A stretch of DNA of 36,229 nt from an uncultured Candidatus Saccharibacteria bacterium (GTDB lineage Bacteria; Patescibacteriota; Minisyncoccia; Sungbacterales; SURF-37): assembly GCA_964361655.1 (NCBI GenBank), contig CAYIBD010000002.1, forward strand, positions 1-36,229, given 5' to 3'. Below are positions 1 through 7,903 of the stretch, one piece after another. Positions within the stretch are counted from its first letter, which is position 1, and the number at the start of each line of letters is the position of its first letter. The notes under the pieces were generated by a model. It was not told where the DNA came from. It saw only the letters and a list, made by a program, of their open reading frames with translations, and made no database searches. The translations under genes were made by a program, and so were the position numbers.

Positions 1-1
1 C

Positions 2-1822
2 TGGATCGCCGAGAAGATCGGGCAACTCACGTATAAAACCCTGGACGTCGCGACTGACCTCGTTACCGTTCCCTTTGTAACCATCGCCGGCGGGATTTTC
101 TCTCTAGCGGTAACCCTGGCCCTGCTGCCGATCTGGAACACTACCTTCGTTCAACTCGGTTCAGCCATCACCCTCGGGGTGGCCAACATGTTCTTTGTCT
201 TGATTCTCCTCTGGATTGCGATTGCCACCATCTTTGACTTTGAGCCCTACACGGCCCGGCGGCTCCTCCTCCGGCTCATCATTGCCGCACTCTTGATCAA
301 CTTTAGCGTGGCCATCGGCAGCTCCTTCATCCGGCTTTCGAACGCGATGGCCGACATCTTCTATAAGCAGATTGGCGGTAGTGCCATCGGCATTGGAGGA
401 GAGTTCATCAAGCTCTCGAAGTTCGCGCCCGTCAAAGACGCCACGCCGGGCAACCCAAAGACCGGACACCCGCCGGGGGTGCTGGCCGGCCTCCTGGGCT
501 ACCTCGTGCCTCCCTCCGGCAAGGACTTCAGCTTCACCGCCGGACTCCAGGCCATCATCGGCAAACTCGCGATCACGCCGGTCTTGATCTTTGTTCTGCT
601 CGCCGGGGCCTTTTTTCTCCTCGTCCGCCAAATCGCGCTCGCCTTTGTCCTGGTGCTTGCGCCGCTTGCCTTCCTGTTCATGATCCTGCCCCACACCCAG
701 CGCTTCACCAACGACTGGTGGGGAGCGCTCACCAAGTGGGCCTTCTTCTTCCCGGCCTTCATGTTCTTCCTCTTCCTCTCGCTCAAAACCGGCGGCGGGC
801 TCTTAAGCGCCTACACCGGCAATCAACAAGACCCGGTCTTGCTCCTGTTCCAATATTTCCTTGTCATCGGCCTCATGCTGGGTTCGCTCATTGTCTCGCA
901 CCAGATGGGCGTGTACGGCTCAAGCGCCATCATCAACTGGGGCAAGCGCTCCGCGGCCGCGGCCGGACGGTGGGCCGGGAGCCGCCTCCTCCTCCAGGCC
1001 ACCGCGCCGATCGCCAAGCGCGTGGAGGAAAGCCAAAGCCGTGCGGCGCGAGCCCTCATGAAGGTACCCTTCGTTCGCCGCGGCCTCCAGAGCTACACCG
1101 CGCTCGAGCGCGAGGAGGCCAAGCGCGTGAAGAGTCAGCTCGAGAAGTTCTCGAGCAGTGAACTCCAGCGCCGCTCCCGCGGCTTCGGCGCCACCCAGGC
1201 CGACCGCATAGCCATCGCCGACATCCTCATGGAACGTCGCGACCTTGCGCCGGAAAAGACCCCGACCGGCCAGTGGAAGAATAACTGGACGCCCGACATG
1301 GTGAAAAACACCATCGCCTACCAGCGCTCGATCGGCCGCGACGTTATCGGGCTTGAGCGCGCTGTCCCACACCTGGCGAAAGACACCCGGGCAACGGTCG
1401 CCGGCATGCGGGCGGAACACATTGACCGCATGGATCCGGCCGCACTCGATAATGTCGAAGTCCTCAAGGCCATCGCGGAGAACTGGAAGAGTGGCCAGTA
1501 TAGCCGCATGATGAGCTTTAGCCCGGTGATGGTGAAGAAGTTCCAGACCGCGGTTGAAGGCCGCCACCCTGACCTCGCACCAGGTGAAGCGCAGGCGCTC
1601 GCCGAAGAAATGATCGCCGCAATCAGGCGTGATCCGGGGACCCGCCAGTATTTCCAGGCCAGCGCCGGCCAAGGCTTCGGCTACGCGGTGCCGGGTGTAA
1701 CCGGCGTAACCACCGAAGTCACCCCTCGCGTCCGGACACCGCCTAGTGCAGGTGGGGAGACGCAGGAGGAATTCGAGGCCCGCCAGCGGATGCGTCAGCA
1801 GCTCGGACGACAGCAGCCCTAA
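2..1822 (+). CDS. Polytopic membrane protein, VirB6/TrbL-like T4SS component (5' end cut by the window edge)
   Basis: The frame of the listed 179..1822 ORF stays open back to nt 2: 59 sense codons and no stop, hand-translated as WIAEKIGQLTYKTLDVATDLV... The gene therefore begins upstream of the window. There are several hydrophobic helices in the first ~250 aa, followed by a ~300-aa hydrophilic tail. It is the first gene of an operon with PrgI-like, VirB4 and T4SS-pilin genes. The family call rests on topology and context, not on a motif. Confidence 0.45.
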   Translation, partial: WIAEKIGQLTYKTLDVATDLVTVPFVTIAGGIFSLAVTLALLPIWNTTFVQLGSAITLGVANMFFVLILLWIAIATIFDFEPYTARRLLLRLIIAALLINFSVAIGSSFIRLSNAMADIFYKQIGGSAIGIGGEFIKLSKFAPVKDATPGNPKTGHPPGVLAGLLGYLVPPSGKDFSFTAGLQAIIGKLAITPVLIFVLLAGAFFLLVRQIALAFVLVLAPLAFLFMILPHTQRFTNDWWGALTKWAFFFPAFMFFLFLSLKTGGGLLSAYTGNQQDPVLLLFQYFLVIGLMLGSLIVSHQMGVYGSSAIINWGKRSAAAAGRWAGSRLLLQATAPIAKRVEESQSRAARALMKVPFVRRGLQSYTALEREEAKRVKSQLEKFSSSELQRRSRGFGATQADRIAIADILMERRDLAPEKTPTGQWKNNWTPDMVKNTIAYQRSIGRDVIGLERAVPHLAKDTRATVAGMRAEHIDRMDPAALDNVEVLKAIAENWKSGQYSRMMSFSPVMVKKFQTAVEGRHPDLAPGEAQALAEEMIAAIRRDPGTRQYFQASAGQGFGYAVPGVTGVTTEVTPRVRTPPSAGGETQEEFEARQRMRQQLGRQQP

Positions 1823-1843
1823 TCACCGCAAAGCGGACCGCCC

Positions 1844-2821
1844 ATGCCCATTCACCCCCCGCCGGAAAAACTCCGAGAAACATTCGAGCAATTCTCTCCC
1901 GAGCTCCGCGGAGCTATTGCGGGCGTTGAAACCGCTAGCGCCATTTTCACCATTGCCGAGGCACACGGGCTCAACCGCGAAGATCTCCCGAAGTTCGCCG
2001 CCGAAGTCGGTCATGTCATGGGCGGGGTAGACCCGGCGCGGGACTTCGTCGCCATACTTTCCGAAGTGCTCCGCCTCCCGCTGGATCGAGCGCGAAAAGT
2101 CGCCGCCGAAGTAAAAACCAAAATCCTGATGCCGATTGATTCGCTGCTCCGGCCTATCCACGGTGCAAATTGGGCGAATGCAATTCTTGCCGAGCCGCTG
2201 CCACTGCCGCCGCGGCCGGTGACACAGCCGCCCCCAGCCGCGCCGGTTATGGCACGGCCGCCCGCACCTCCTCCACCACCTCCTGTCCCGGCCTTCGCTC
2301 CTAAGCCGTCCCTGCCGCAGCCGCCCAAATCGGTCCCGCCTCCGCTGCCGAAGCCCGCCCCACCTCCGCCATCAGGTCTTTCAAGGACGCCGCAACCCCT
2401 GATCATCCACCCCCTGCCGCGCGAACCCGAAGGCGAGCCCCCAACGGGCTTTCGGCCACTGCCGCCGCAAGAGCCGCCGGTGGCTCCTCAACCACCATTG
2501 CCAGAGGCAGCACCAATCATTGGGTCACGCGGTCTCCAGCCGCCACCGCTACCGGCTCCACCGGCCACCGGACTACCCCCGCCGCTAGCGCCCGGTAGTA
2601 AGCCGTCTTTGCCCACGCCGCCATCGCCGCACGTCATTACCAAAGAAGCCCTCCGCAGGGAAAAACCGGAGAAGGCCCTGCCGCCCTCCGCACTGATGTC
2701 GCAGCCAAGCGCAAGCGGCCCGCCCGCAAACCTGCCCACCACTGAACCGCCCCACCCGCCTTCGGCTCCCAGTGAACCGGCGCAGCATACCGTTGACCCC
2801 TACCGCGAGCCGGTGGAATAG
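1844..2821 (+). CDS. Proline-rich protein of unknown function (globular ~110-aa N-domain plus ~215-aa Pro-rich tail)
   Basis: 325-aa ORF starting 21 nt after the previous stop. The N-terminal part looks helical (ETFEQFSPELRGAIAGVETASAIFTIAEAHGL...). The remainder is dominated by PPxP/PxPP runs. No signal peptide or TM helix is visible. The antisense and out-of-frame ORFs here are GC artefacts. Confidence 0.6.
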   Translation: MPIHPPPEKLRETFEQFSPELRGAIAGVETASAIFTIAEAHGLNREDLPKFAAEVGHVMGGVDPARDFVAILSEVLRLPLDRARKVAAEVKTKILMPIDSLLRPIHGANWANAILAEPLPLPPRPVTQPPPAAPVMARPPAPPPPPPVPAFAPKPSLPQPPKSVPPPLPKPAPPPPSGLSRTPQPLIIHPLPREPEGEPPTGFRPLPPQEPPVAPQPPLPEAAPIIGSRGLQPPPLPAPPATGLPPPLAPGSKPSLPTPPSPHVITKEALRREKPEKALPPSALMSQPSASGPPANLPTTEPPHPPSAPSEPAQHTVDPYREPVE

Positions 2822-2823
2822 CC

Positions 2824-3294
2824 ATGCAGCAATTCCAAGTCCCCCAATTCATCGACATCGAGGACCGCATCGTGGGGCCGCTGACCCTGAAACAGTTTTT
2901 GTATCTTTTGGGCGCGGCCGGCGTCACGCTCCTCGGCTGGTTCTGGCTGAACCTCGTGCTCTTCGCCATCATTACCGTTCCCCTGGCTGCCCTGTTCCTC
3001 GCCATGGCGTTCTTGAAGGTGAACGGCGTACCGTTCCCAACGGTCTTTGCCAACGCCCTCAACTACTATCTCAAGCCGCGGCTCTACCTCTGGCAACACG
3101 TCCGGGAAACGCCGCGGGCGCGCCCCGCCGCGCCTCCGGGAGAGCCAGTGCCTCGAGCCGGCGGCGAGCATCCGTCGGACGCCTCCACCCTCACCCCCTC
3201 GATCGCCCCGCCCAAACCCTCCGGAGGCAAGCTCTCCAACCTCGCCTGGGCTCTTGATGTCCGAGAGCAACTAGACCGCCGCGAGGGACGGTAG
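2824..3294 (+). CDS. PrgI-family (VirB3-like) small T4SS membrane protein
   Basis: It starts 2 nt after the previous stop. The N-terminus MQQFQVPQFIDIEDRIVGPLTLKQFLYLLG, followed by two hydrophobic helices, matches the PrgI family pattern. It sits just upstream of the VirB4 gene, separated only by one short VirB4-N-domain-like ORF, close to the VirB3/PrgI position in Gram-positive-type T4SS loci. Confidence 0.6.
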   Translation: MQQFQVPQFIDIEDRIVGPLTLKQFLYLLGAAGVTLLGWFWLNLVLFAIITVPLAALFLAMAFLKVNGVPFPTVFANALNYYLKPRLYLWQHVRETPRARPAAPPGEPVPRAGGEHPSDASTLTPSIAPPKPSGGKLSNLAWALDVREQLDRREGR

Positions 3295-3318
3295 CGCTCG
3301 GGCCGCACTCTCACTCTA

Positions 3319-3999
3319 ATGGCCTCTCCATCCGCTCCACTCGCCTCTCGAAAAGCCAAATCTGCGCTGGCTGCACAGGAGTTCTTAACCATTGAAGAAA
3401 TCCGCGAGGATGTCCTGGTCTTGAAAGGGGGGCTCGGCCTCCGGGCGGTGCTCATGGCCTCGGCCCTGAACTTTGCCCTCAAGTCCGAGTTGGAACAGGA
3501 AGCCCTGACCTTCCAGTATGAGAACTTTCTGAACGCCCTTGATTTCCCGCTCCAGATCGTTGTCCAGTCGCGGCACCTCGACATTCGGCCCTACCTCGAA
3601 ACCCTCACCGGCCGCCAGAAGGAGGAGACGAACGAGCTCCTGAAAATCCAGATTGGCGAATACATCGAGTTCATCCGGACGTTCGTGGAGCTGACCAAAA
3701 TCGTTTCCAAGACCTTCTTCGTTGTCGTGCCCTTCCAGCCCTCCATAGCCGAGCGCCACGCCGGCGGGTTCTTAAAAGGGTTCCTCCGCGGCGGCGGGGA
3801 AGCCCCGCTCCCGAACGGCGGCCAAGAATTCGCCCAATACAAAACCCAGCTCCTCCAGCGCGTCGATACCGTTACCCTCGGACTGCGGCGCCTGGGGCTC
3901 CGCTCGATGCAGCTTAAGAGCGATGAGCTCATCGAGCTCTTCTACGGCCTGTATAACCCGGCCGAATCGCAGGCCGTACGCATCGTTGGCGAGGGCTAA
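3319..3999 (+). CDS. Stand-alone VirB4 N-terminal-domain-like protein
   Basis: 226-aa ORF. The segment EDVLVLKGGLGLRAVLMASALNFALKSELEQEALTFQYENFLNALDFPLQIVVQS follows the pattern I recall from the N-terminal domain of Firmicutes-type VirB4 ATPases such as Tn916 Orf16. There is no Walker motif. It ends 3 nt before the full VirB4 gene. Confidence 0.4.
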   Translation: MASPSAPLASRKAKSALAAQEFLTIEEIREDVLVLKGGLGLRAVLMASALNFALKSELEQEALTFQYENFLNALDFPLQIVVQSRHLDIRPYLETLTGRQKEETNELLKIQIGEYIEFIRTFVELTKIVSKTFFVVVPFQPSIAERHAGGFLKGFLRGGGEAPLPNGGQEFAQYKTQLLQRVDTVTLGLRRLGLRSMQLKSDELIELFYGLYNPAESQAVRIVGEG

Positions 4000-4002
4000 C
4001 CC

Positions 4003-5853
4003 ATGGCCTTACTCCCGTTTTTCAAAAAGAAAGAGCCGGCCGAGCCGAAAATTTTCTCGGTCTTCCCGAGCGGAACGCCGCAGGCGGGGCGAACGACGCT
4101 CCGCGACATTGTGGCGCCGGCCGCCCTGGAGATCAGCCCGAGCTTCGTGCGCCTCGGCGAAAAGTTCGTCCGCACCCTCTTCGTCTTCTCCTACCCGCGC
4201 TACCTCCACACCAACTGGTTCTCGCCCATCATTAACCTCGATAAGGTGTTCGATATCTCGTTTTTCATCCACCCGGTGGACACCGCCCTCGTGCTCCGCC
4301 AGCTGCGAAAGCAGGTGACCCGGGTGCAATCACAAATTTCCATGCGCCAGGAAAAGGGCCTGGTCCGCGATCCGGTGCTGGATACCGCCTACCGCGACCT
4401 CGAAGATCTCCGCGACAAGCTGCAGCAGGCGCGGGAAAAGCTCTTCAACTTCGGGCTCTACCTCACGCTCTACGGCTCGTCGGCCGATGAGCTCGACAAG
4501 CTCGAGAACGAGGTCCGCTCGGTGCTCGAGGCGCGGCTGGTCTACGTCAAGCCGGCGTTGTTCCAGCAAGCCGAGGGCTTCAACGCCGCCCTGCCGCTGA
4601 ACACGGATGAACTCGCCATCCATAGCTACCTCCCCTCCGGCCCGATCTCAAGTGCCTTCCCGTTCGTCTCCTTCGACCTCACCTCCTCGAACGGCATCCT
4701 CTACGGTATCAACCGGCACAATAACTCCCTGATCCTGTTTGATCGCTGGTCGCTCGAAAACGCAAACTCGGTAACCTTCGCGGTGTCCGGTGCGGGCAAG
4801 AGCTATGCCGCCAAGCTCGAGGTCTTGCGCTCACTCATGGTCGGGGCGGACGTCATCATCATTGACCCCGAGCGCGAGTACGAGTACCTGGCCGAAACCG
4901 TCGGCGGGGCCTACTTCAACATCTCCCTCACCTCCCCAAACCACATCAACCCCTTTGACCTCCCCACCCCGCGCGAGGACGAGGCGCCCTCGGACGTGCT
5001 CCGCTCCAACATCATCAACCTGATCGGCTTTTTCCGAATCCTCCTGGGCGGGCTCTCGCCGGAGGAGGATTCGATCCTGGATCGCGCCATCACCGAGACC
5101 TACGCCAGCCGGGACATCACCCCGGAGGTGGATTTTGGCACGGCCGTGCCGCCGACCATCGCCGACCTCGCCCTCGTCCTCGCCAACACCGAAGGCGGGG
5201 GGAGCTTGGCGGCACGCCTCAAAAAGTACACCGAGGGCACCTGGGCCGGATTTCTGAACCAGCAGACCAACCTCGACATCAAGAATCGCCTCGTCGTCTT
5301 CTCGGTCCGGGACATGGAGGAGGAGCTGCGGCCGGTGGCCATGTACATCGTCCTCCACTACATCTGGAACATCGTCCGCACCGAGCTGAAGAAGCGCCTC
5401 TTGGTCGTGGACGAGGCCTGGTGGCTGATGCGCCACGAGGACGGGGCCTCCTTCCTCTACGGCATTGCCAAGCGCGCCCGGAAGTACTTCCTCGGGCTCT
5501 CGACCATCACCCAAGATGTCGCCGACTTCATGACCTCGCCCTACGGCAAGCCGATTGTTACCAACTCCTCCATGCAGCTCCTCCTGAAGCAGTCGCCCGC
5601 AACCATCAAGGCCGTGGTGGAAACCTTCAACCTCACCGATGAGGAAAAGTTTCTGCTGCTCGAATGCGAGGTGGGAGAGGGAATTTTTTTCGCCGGCTTG
5701 AAGCACGTGGCCATCAAGGTCATCGCCTCCTACACCGAAGACCAAGTGATCACCTCGGATCCGGCCCAGCTCCTGCTGATCAAGAAAGCCAAAGAGGAAT
5801 TCGCAACCGCCCACCAGGGTGAGCGGAAAGACGCCCTGTCTCCTATGCCATGA
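4003..5853 (+). CDS. virB4: VirB4-family T4SS ATPase (TrsE/PrgJ-like)
   Basis: 616 aa. Walker A is FAVSGAGKSYAAK and Walker B is LLVVDEAWWLM. It has its own VirB4-type N-domain (VRTLFVFSYPRYLHTNWFSPIINL) and a C-terminal ITQDVADF motif region typical of the family. Confidence 0.88.
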   Translation: MALLPFFKKKEPAEPKIFSVFPSGTPQAGRTTLRDIVAPAALEISPSFVRLGEKFVRTLFVFSYPRYLHTNWFSPIINLDKVFDISFFIHPVDTALVLRQLRKQVTRVQSQISMRQEKGLVRDPVLDTAYRDLEDLRDKLQQAREKLFNFGLYLTLYGSSADELDKLENEVRSVLEARLVYVKPALFQQAEGFNAALPLNTDELAIHSYLPSGPISSAFPFVSFDLTSSNGILYGINRHNNSLILFDRWSLENANSVTFAVSGAGKSYAAKLEVLRSLMVGADVIIIDPEREYEYLAETVGGAYFNISLTSPNHINPFDLPTPREDEAPSDVLRSNIINLIGFFRILLGGLSPEEDSILDRAITETYASRDITPEVDFGTAVPPTIADLALVLANTEGGGSLAARLKKYTEGTWAGFLNQQTNLDIKNRLVVFSVRDMEEELRPVAMYIVLHYIWNIVRTELKKRLLVVDEAWWLMRHEDGASFLYGIAKRARKYFLGLSTITQDVADFMTSPYGKPIVTNSSMQLLLKQSPATIKAVVETFNLTDEEKFLLLECEVGEGIFFAGLKHVAIKVIASYTEDQVITSDPAQLLLIKKAKEEFATAHQGERKDALSPMP

Positions 5854-6536
5854 ACGGAAAGCGACTGACATCCGGAGGTGAGGGGGGCGATGCCTACGAG
5901 GAGCTTGCCCTCGAAGGCCTGCCGCCGACGGCCGCCGCACCGGAGGAACACTTCCGCATCCGCCTGAACTGGGTTCGGCGCCTGCCGCACTCGATCGACG
6001 AGGCGGTTATGGGCGCGGCCGAGGCGCTCGCCAACAAGCTCAACCGCGAAATTGAAATGGGGCACGATGTCATGGCCTTTACCATCGCCCTCCTCCTGGC
6101 GGCCGCCATGGACGGCCTTGATTGGGGTGTTACCCTACTTGCTGGACTCGTGGGTTTAATCCCGCTCATTGGTCAGGCGCTCGCCGCAGCCCTCCTCGCG
6201 GGCGGGCCCTATGTCAAGCTCTTCCTGTGGGCCTTTCTCACGTACTTCCTGTGGAGCAAGGGCTGGCTCCTGAAGTGGCGAGTGCGGTTGGGGCTCCGCA
6301 TCGGGTTATGGCTCCTGTCGTTCATCTTTGAGAACATCCCGGGGATCAATCTTTTGCCCTTGAATGTCATCACGGTCCTCTGGGCGTGGCGCAACGTCCG
6401 CCACGCCGCGGCCGAAGCCGAAGAGGACATGCGGAAGCTCGAGCGCGATCTTGAAGACCTGGCCGAAGAAGCGGCAGAGACCGAAGAGTCGGCGCCGATG
6501 CCGGAGGTTGCCCCCGCGCCCGCGGCCCAATCATGA
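5850..6536 (+). CDS. Integral membrane protein of unknown function (about 4 TM helices, acidic C-terminus)
   Basis: The ATGA start/stop overlap with virB4 at 5850..5853 implies translational coupling. Hydrophobic helices run from about aa 75 to 180. The tail is Glu-rich (EEDMRKLERDLEDLAEEAAETEE). Confidence 0.6.
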   Translation: MNGKRLTSGGEGGDAYEELALEGLPPTAAAPEEHFRIRLNWVRRLPHSIDEAVMGAAEALANKLNREIEMGHDVMAFTIALLLAAAMDGLDWGVTLLAGLVGLIPLIGQALAAALLAGGPYVKLFLWAFLTYFLWSKGWLLKWRVRLGLRIGLWLLSFIFENIPGINLLPLNVITVLWAWRNVRHAAAEAEEDMRKLERDLEDLAEEAAETEESAPMPEVAPAPAAQS

Positions 6537-7504
6537 ACCGAGGATTATCGCGTCTCCGTTCCCGTCTACTCGCTGCCGCCTTTTTTGCCGCGGCAGTAAC
6601 GGCGCTCCCCGCCGGATCACAGCCATCGCTCTTCACCCTCCGCACCTCCGCGCTTAACCCTGACCCCGGCACGGCCATTGAGCTTGAGGTGGTGAGCTCG
6701 GCCTTTGACCGCGCTGCCGCATCGTATCAGTGGTCAGTAAACGGGATCCCGGATTCGGGCCGGAGCGGCACGGGGAGGTACCAGGTCACGATCCCCGCCG
6801 GTGGCGATGGCGAGACGAAAAAAATCGCGGTCGCGGTGGCGACGACAACGGGCGGCCGAACCCAGCAAGCGTCCGTTACCGTACAGGCGGTGAGCGCGCC
6901 CCTGTACTGGTGGGCGGACACGGCCGTGCCGTATTGGTATAAGGGCAAGGCCCTCCCAACGCTCCATACCACGGTGACCGCCACGGCTCTCCCCAATATT
7001 CCGAATGCGGCGGCCTTAAACTACCGTTGGGAGTTCAACGGTGCCCTGATCCCGAGTAACTCGGGCGTCGGGAAAATGAGTGCCTCCTTCACGCTTGACT
7101 TCCCGGTGGAGGAACGGATCCGCGTCACCATGGAGCAGCTCCAGGGTTCGTTTAAGAAAGCGGCGGCCACGACCGCCAAGCCGCTGGCGCCGGCGGTCGC
7201 CATCTACGAGCTCCGGCCGCTCCGCGGCATCGTGTTCGAGCGCGCGCTCTCGACCTTCAGGGCGCTTGACGGAGAATCGTATGATTTCACCGCGCACTCA
7301 TTTTACCTTGGGACCAAACCGCAGGCCCTCTCCTACCGCTGGACCCTGAACAACCGGGAAATCGAGGGCGTGAGCGGAAAACCGTGGATCGTGAGCTTTA
7401 CCCCGAGCATTGCCGCCTCGAGCACAAACCAGCTTGCCGTAGAGGTTACGGATCCGGGAACGCCATTGGGCCGCGCCACCGCCGCCATTCGCATCGACCG
7501 CTAG
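6533..7504 (+). CDS. Secreted protein with three tandem ~100-aa beta-rich repeats
   Basis: ATGA overlap with the upstream gene. The N-terminus is signal-peptide-like (MNRGLSRLRSRLLAAAFFAAAVTALPAGSQ). A Y[QR]W-x-[VFL]N motif recurs at roughly 300-nt spacing: YQWSVNG near 6722, YRWEFNG near 7022, YRWTLNN near 7334. Confidence 0.6.
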   Translation: MNRGLSRLRSRLLAAAFFAAAVTALPAGSQPSLFTLRTSALNPDPGTAIELEVVSSAFDRAAASYQWSVNGIPDSGRSGTGRYQVTIPAGGDGETKKIAVAVATTTGGRTQQASVTVQAVSAPLYWWADTAVPYWYKGKALPTLHTTVTATALPNIPNAAALNYRWEFNGALIPSNSGVGKMSASFTLDFPVEERIRVTMEQLQGSFKKAAATTAKPLAPAVAIYELRPLRGIVFERALSTFRALDGESYDFTAHSFYLGTKPQALSYRWTLNNREIEGVSGKPWIVSFTPSIAASSTNQLAVEVTDPGTPLGRATAAIRIDR

Positions 7505-7514
7505 CTACCAGCGC

Positions 7515-7898
7515 ATGACCTCCCGCGCTCTCAATACCCTTCGGAGCACCGCCGGCCTCCTCCCCTGGCTTCTCGGGCCAGCGGTTACTTCGGCCACCAG
7601 CCACCAGCCGAACGCCTCCCAGTATCTCTCCGAACTTTACCTCTGGTTCCTGGGGTTCGTTGGCATTGCGGCACTCTTTGGCATTGTAACCGGCGGGGTG
7701 CTCTATATGTTCTCCGACAGCTTGACGGACACCAAGCATGCCAAGGACTGGATCTGGAACTCTATCGGCGGGATTGTGCTCGCCGCGTTCTCCTATCTCC
7801 TCCTCTATACCATCAGCCCGGACCTGGTGCAGGGGTTTGATATCCAAAAGATTATTACCAACGCCTGCCTAAAGCTCCCCACTCCTATTAGCTGCTAA
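7515..7898 (+). CDS. T4SS-type pilin (TrbC/VirB2-like; CPR T4SS_pilin family pattern)
   Basis: 127 aa with a signal-like N-terminus and then two hydrophobic helices flanking a short polar loop. The sequence FLGFVGIAALFGIVTGGVLYMFSD...HAKDWIWNSIGGIVLAAFSYLLLYTISPDLV matches the G-G-x-x-Y...AK...G-x-x-x-A pattern of the T4SS pilin family. Confidence 0.6.
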   Translation: MTSRALNTLRSTAGLLPWLLGPAVTSATSHQPNASQYLSELYLWFLGFVGIAALFGIVTGGVLYMFSDSLTDTKHAKDWIWNSIGGIVLAAFSYLLLYTISPDLVQGFDIQKIITNACLKLPTPISC

Positions 7899-7903
7899 CC
7901 GCT

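Noticed and set aside
920-1672. 250-aa minus-strand ORF inside the VirB6-like gene, plus many similar 60-160-aa ORFs throughout the track
   Set aside because: These ORFs are embedded in longer ORFs that fit an operon structure with coupled starts and stops. Long stop-free antisense frames are expected at this GC content.
2200-2800. Repetitive CCG/CCA/CCT-rich DNA as a possible tandem repeat or CRISPR-like array
   Set aside because: There is no regular repeat-spacer periodicity. The repetition is codon-level (proline codons) within a single open frame.
4831-5940. 369-aa minus-strand ORF antisense to virB4
   Set aside because: It lies entirely within the well-supported VirB4 CDS. Its product is a low-complexity, Gly/Arg/Asp/Val-rich sequence typical of antisense frames in GC-rich DNA, and it has no recognisable motifs.
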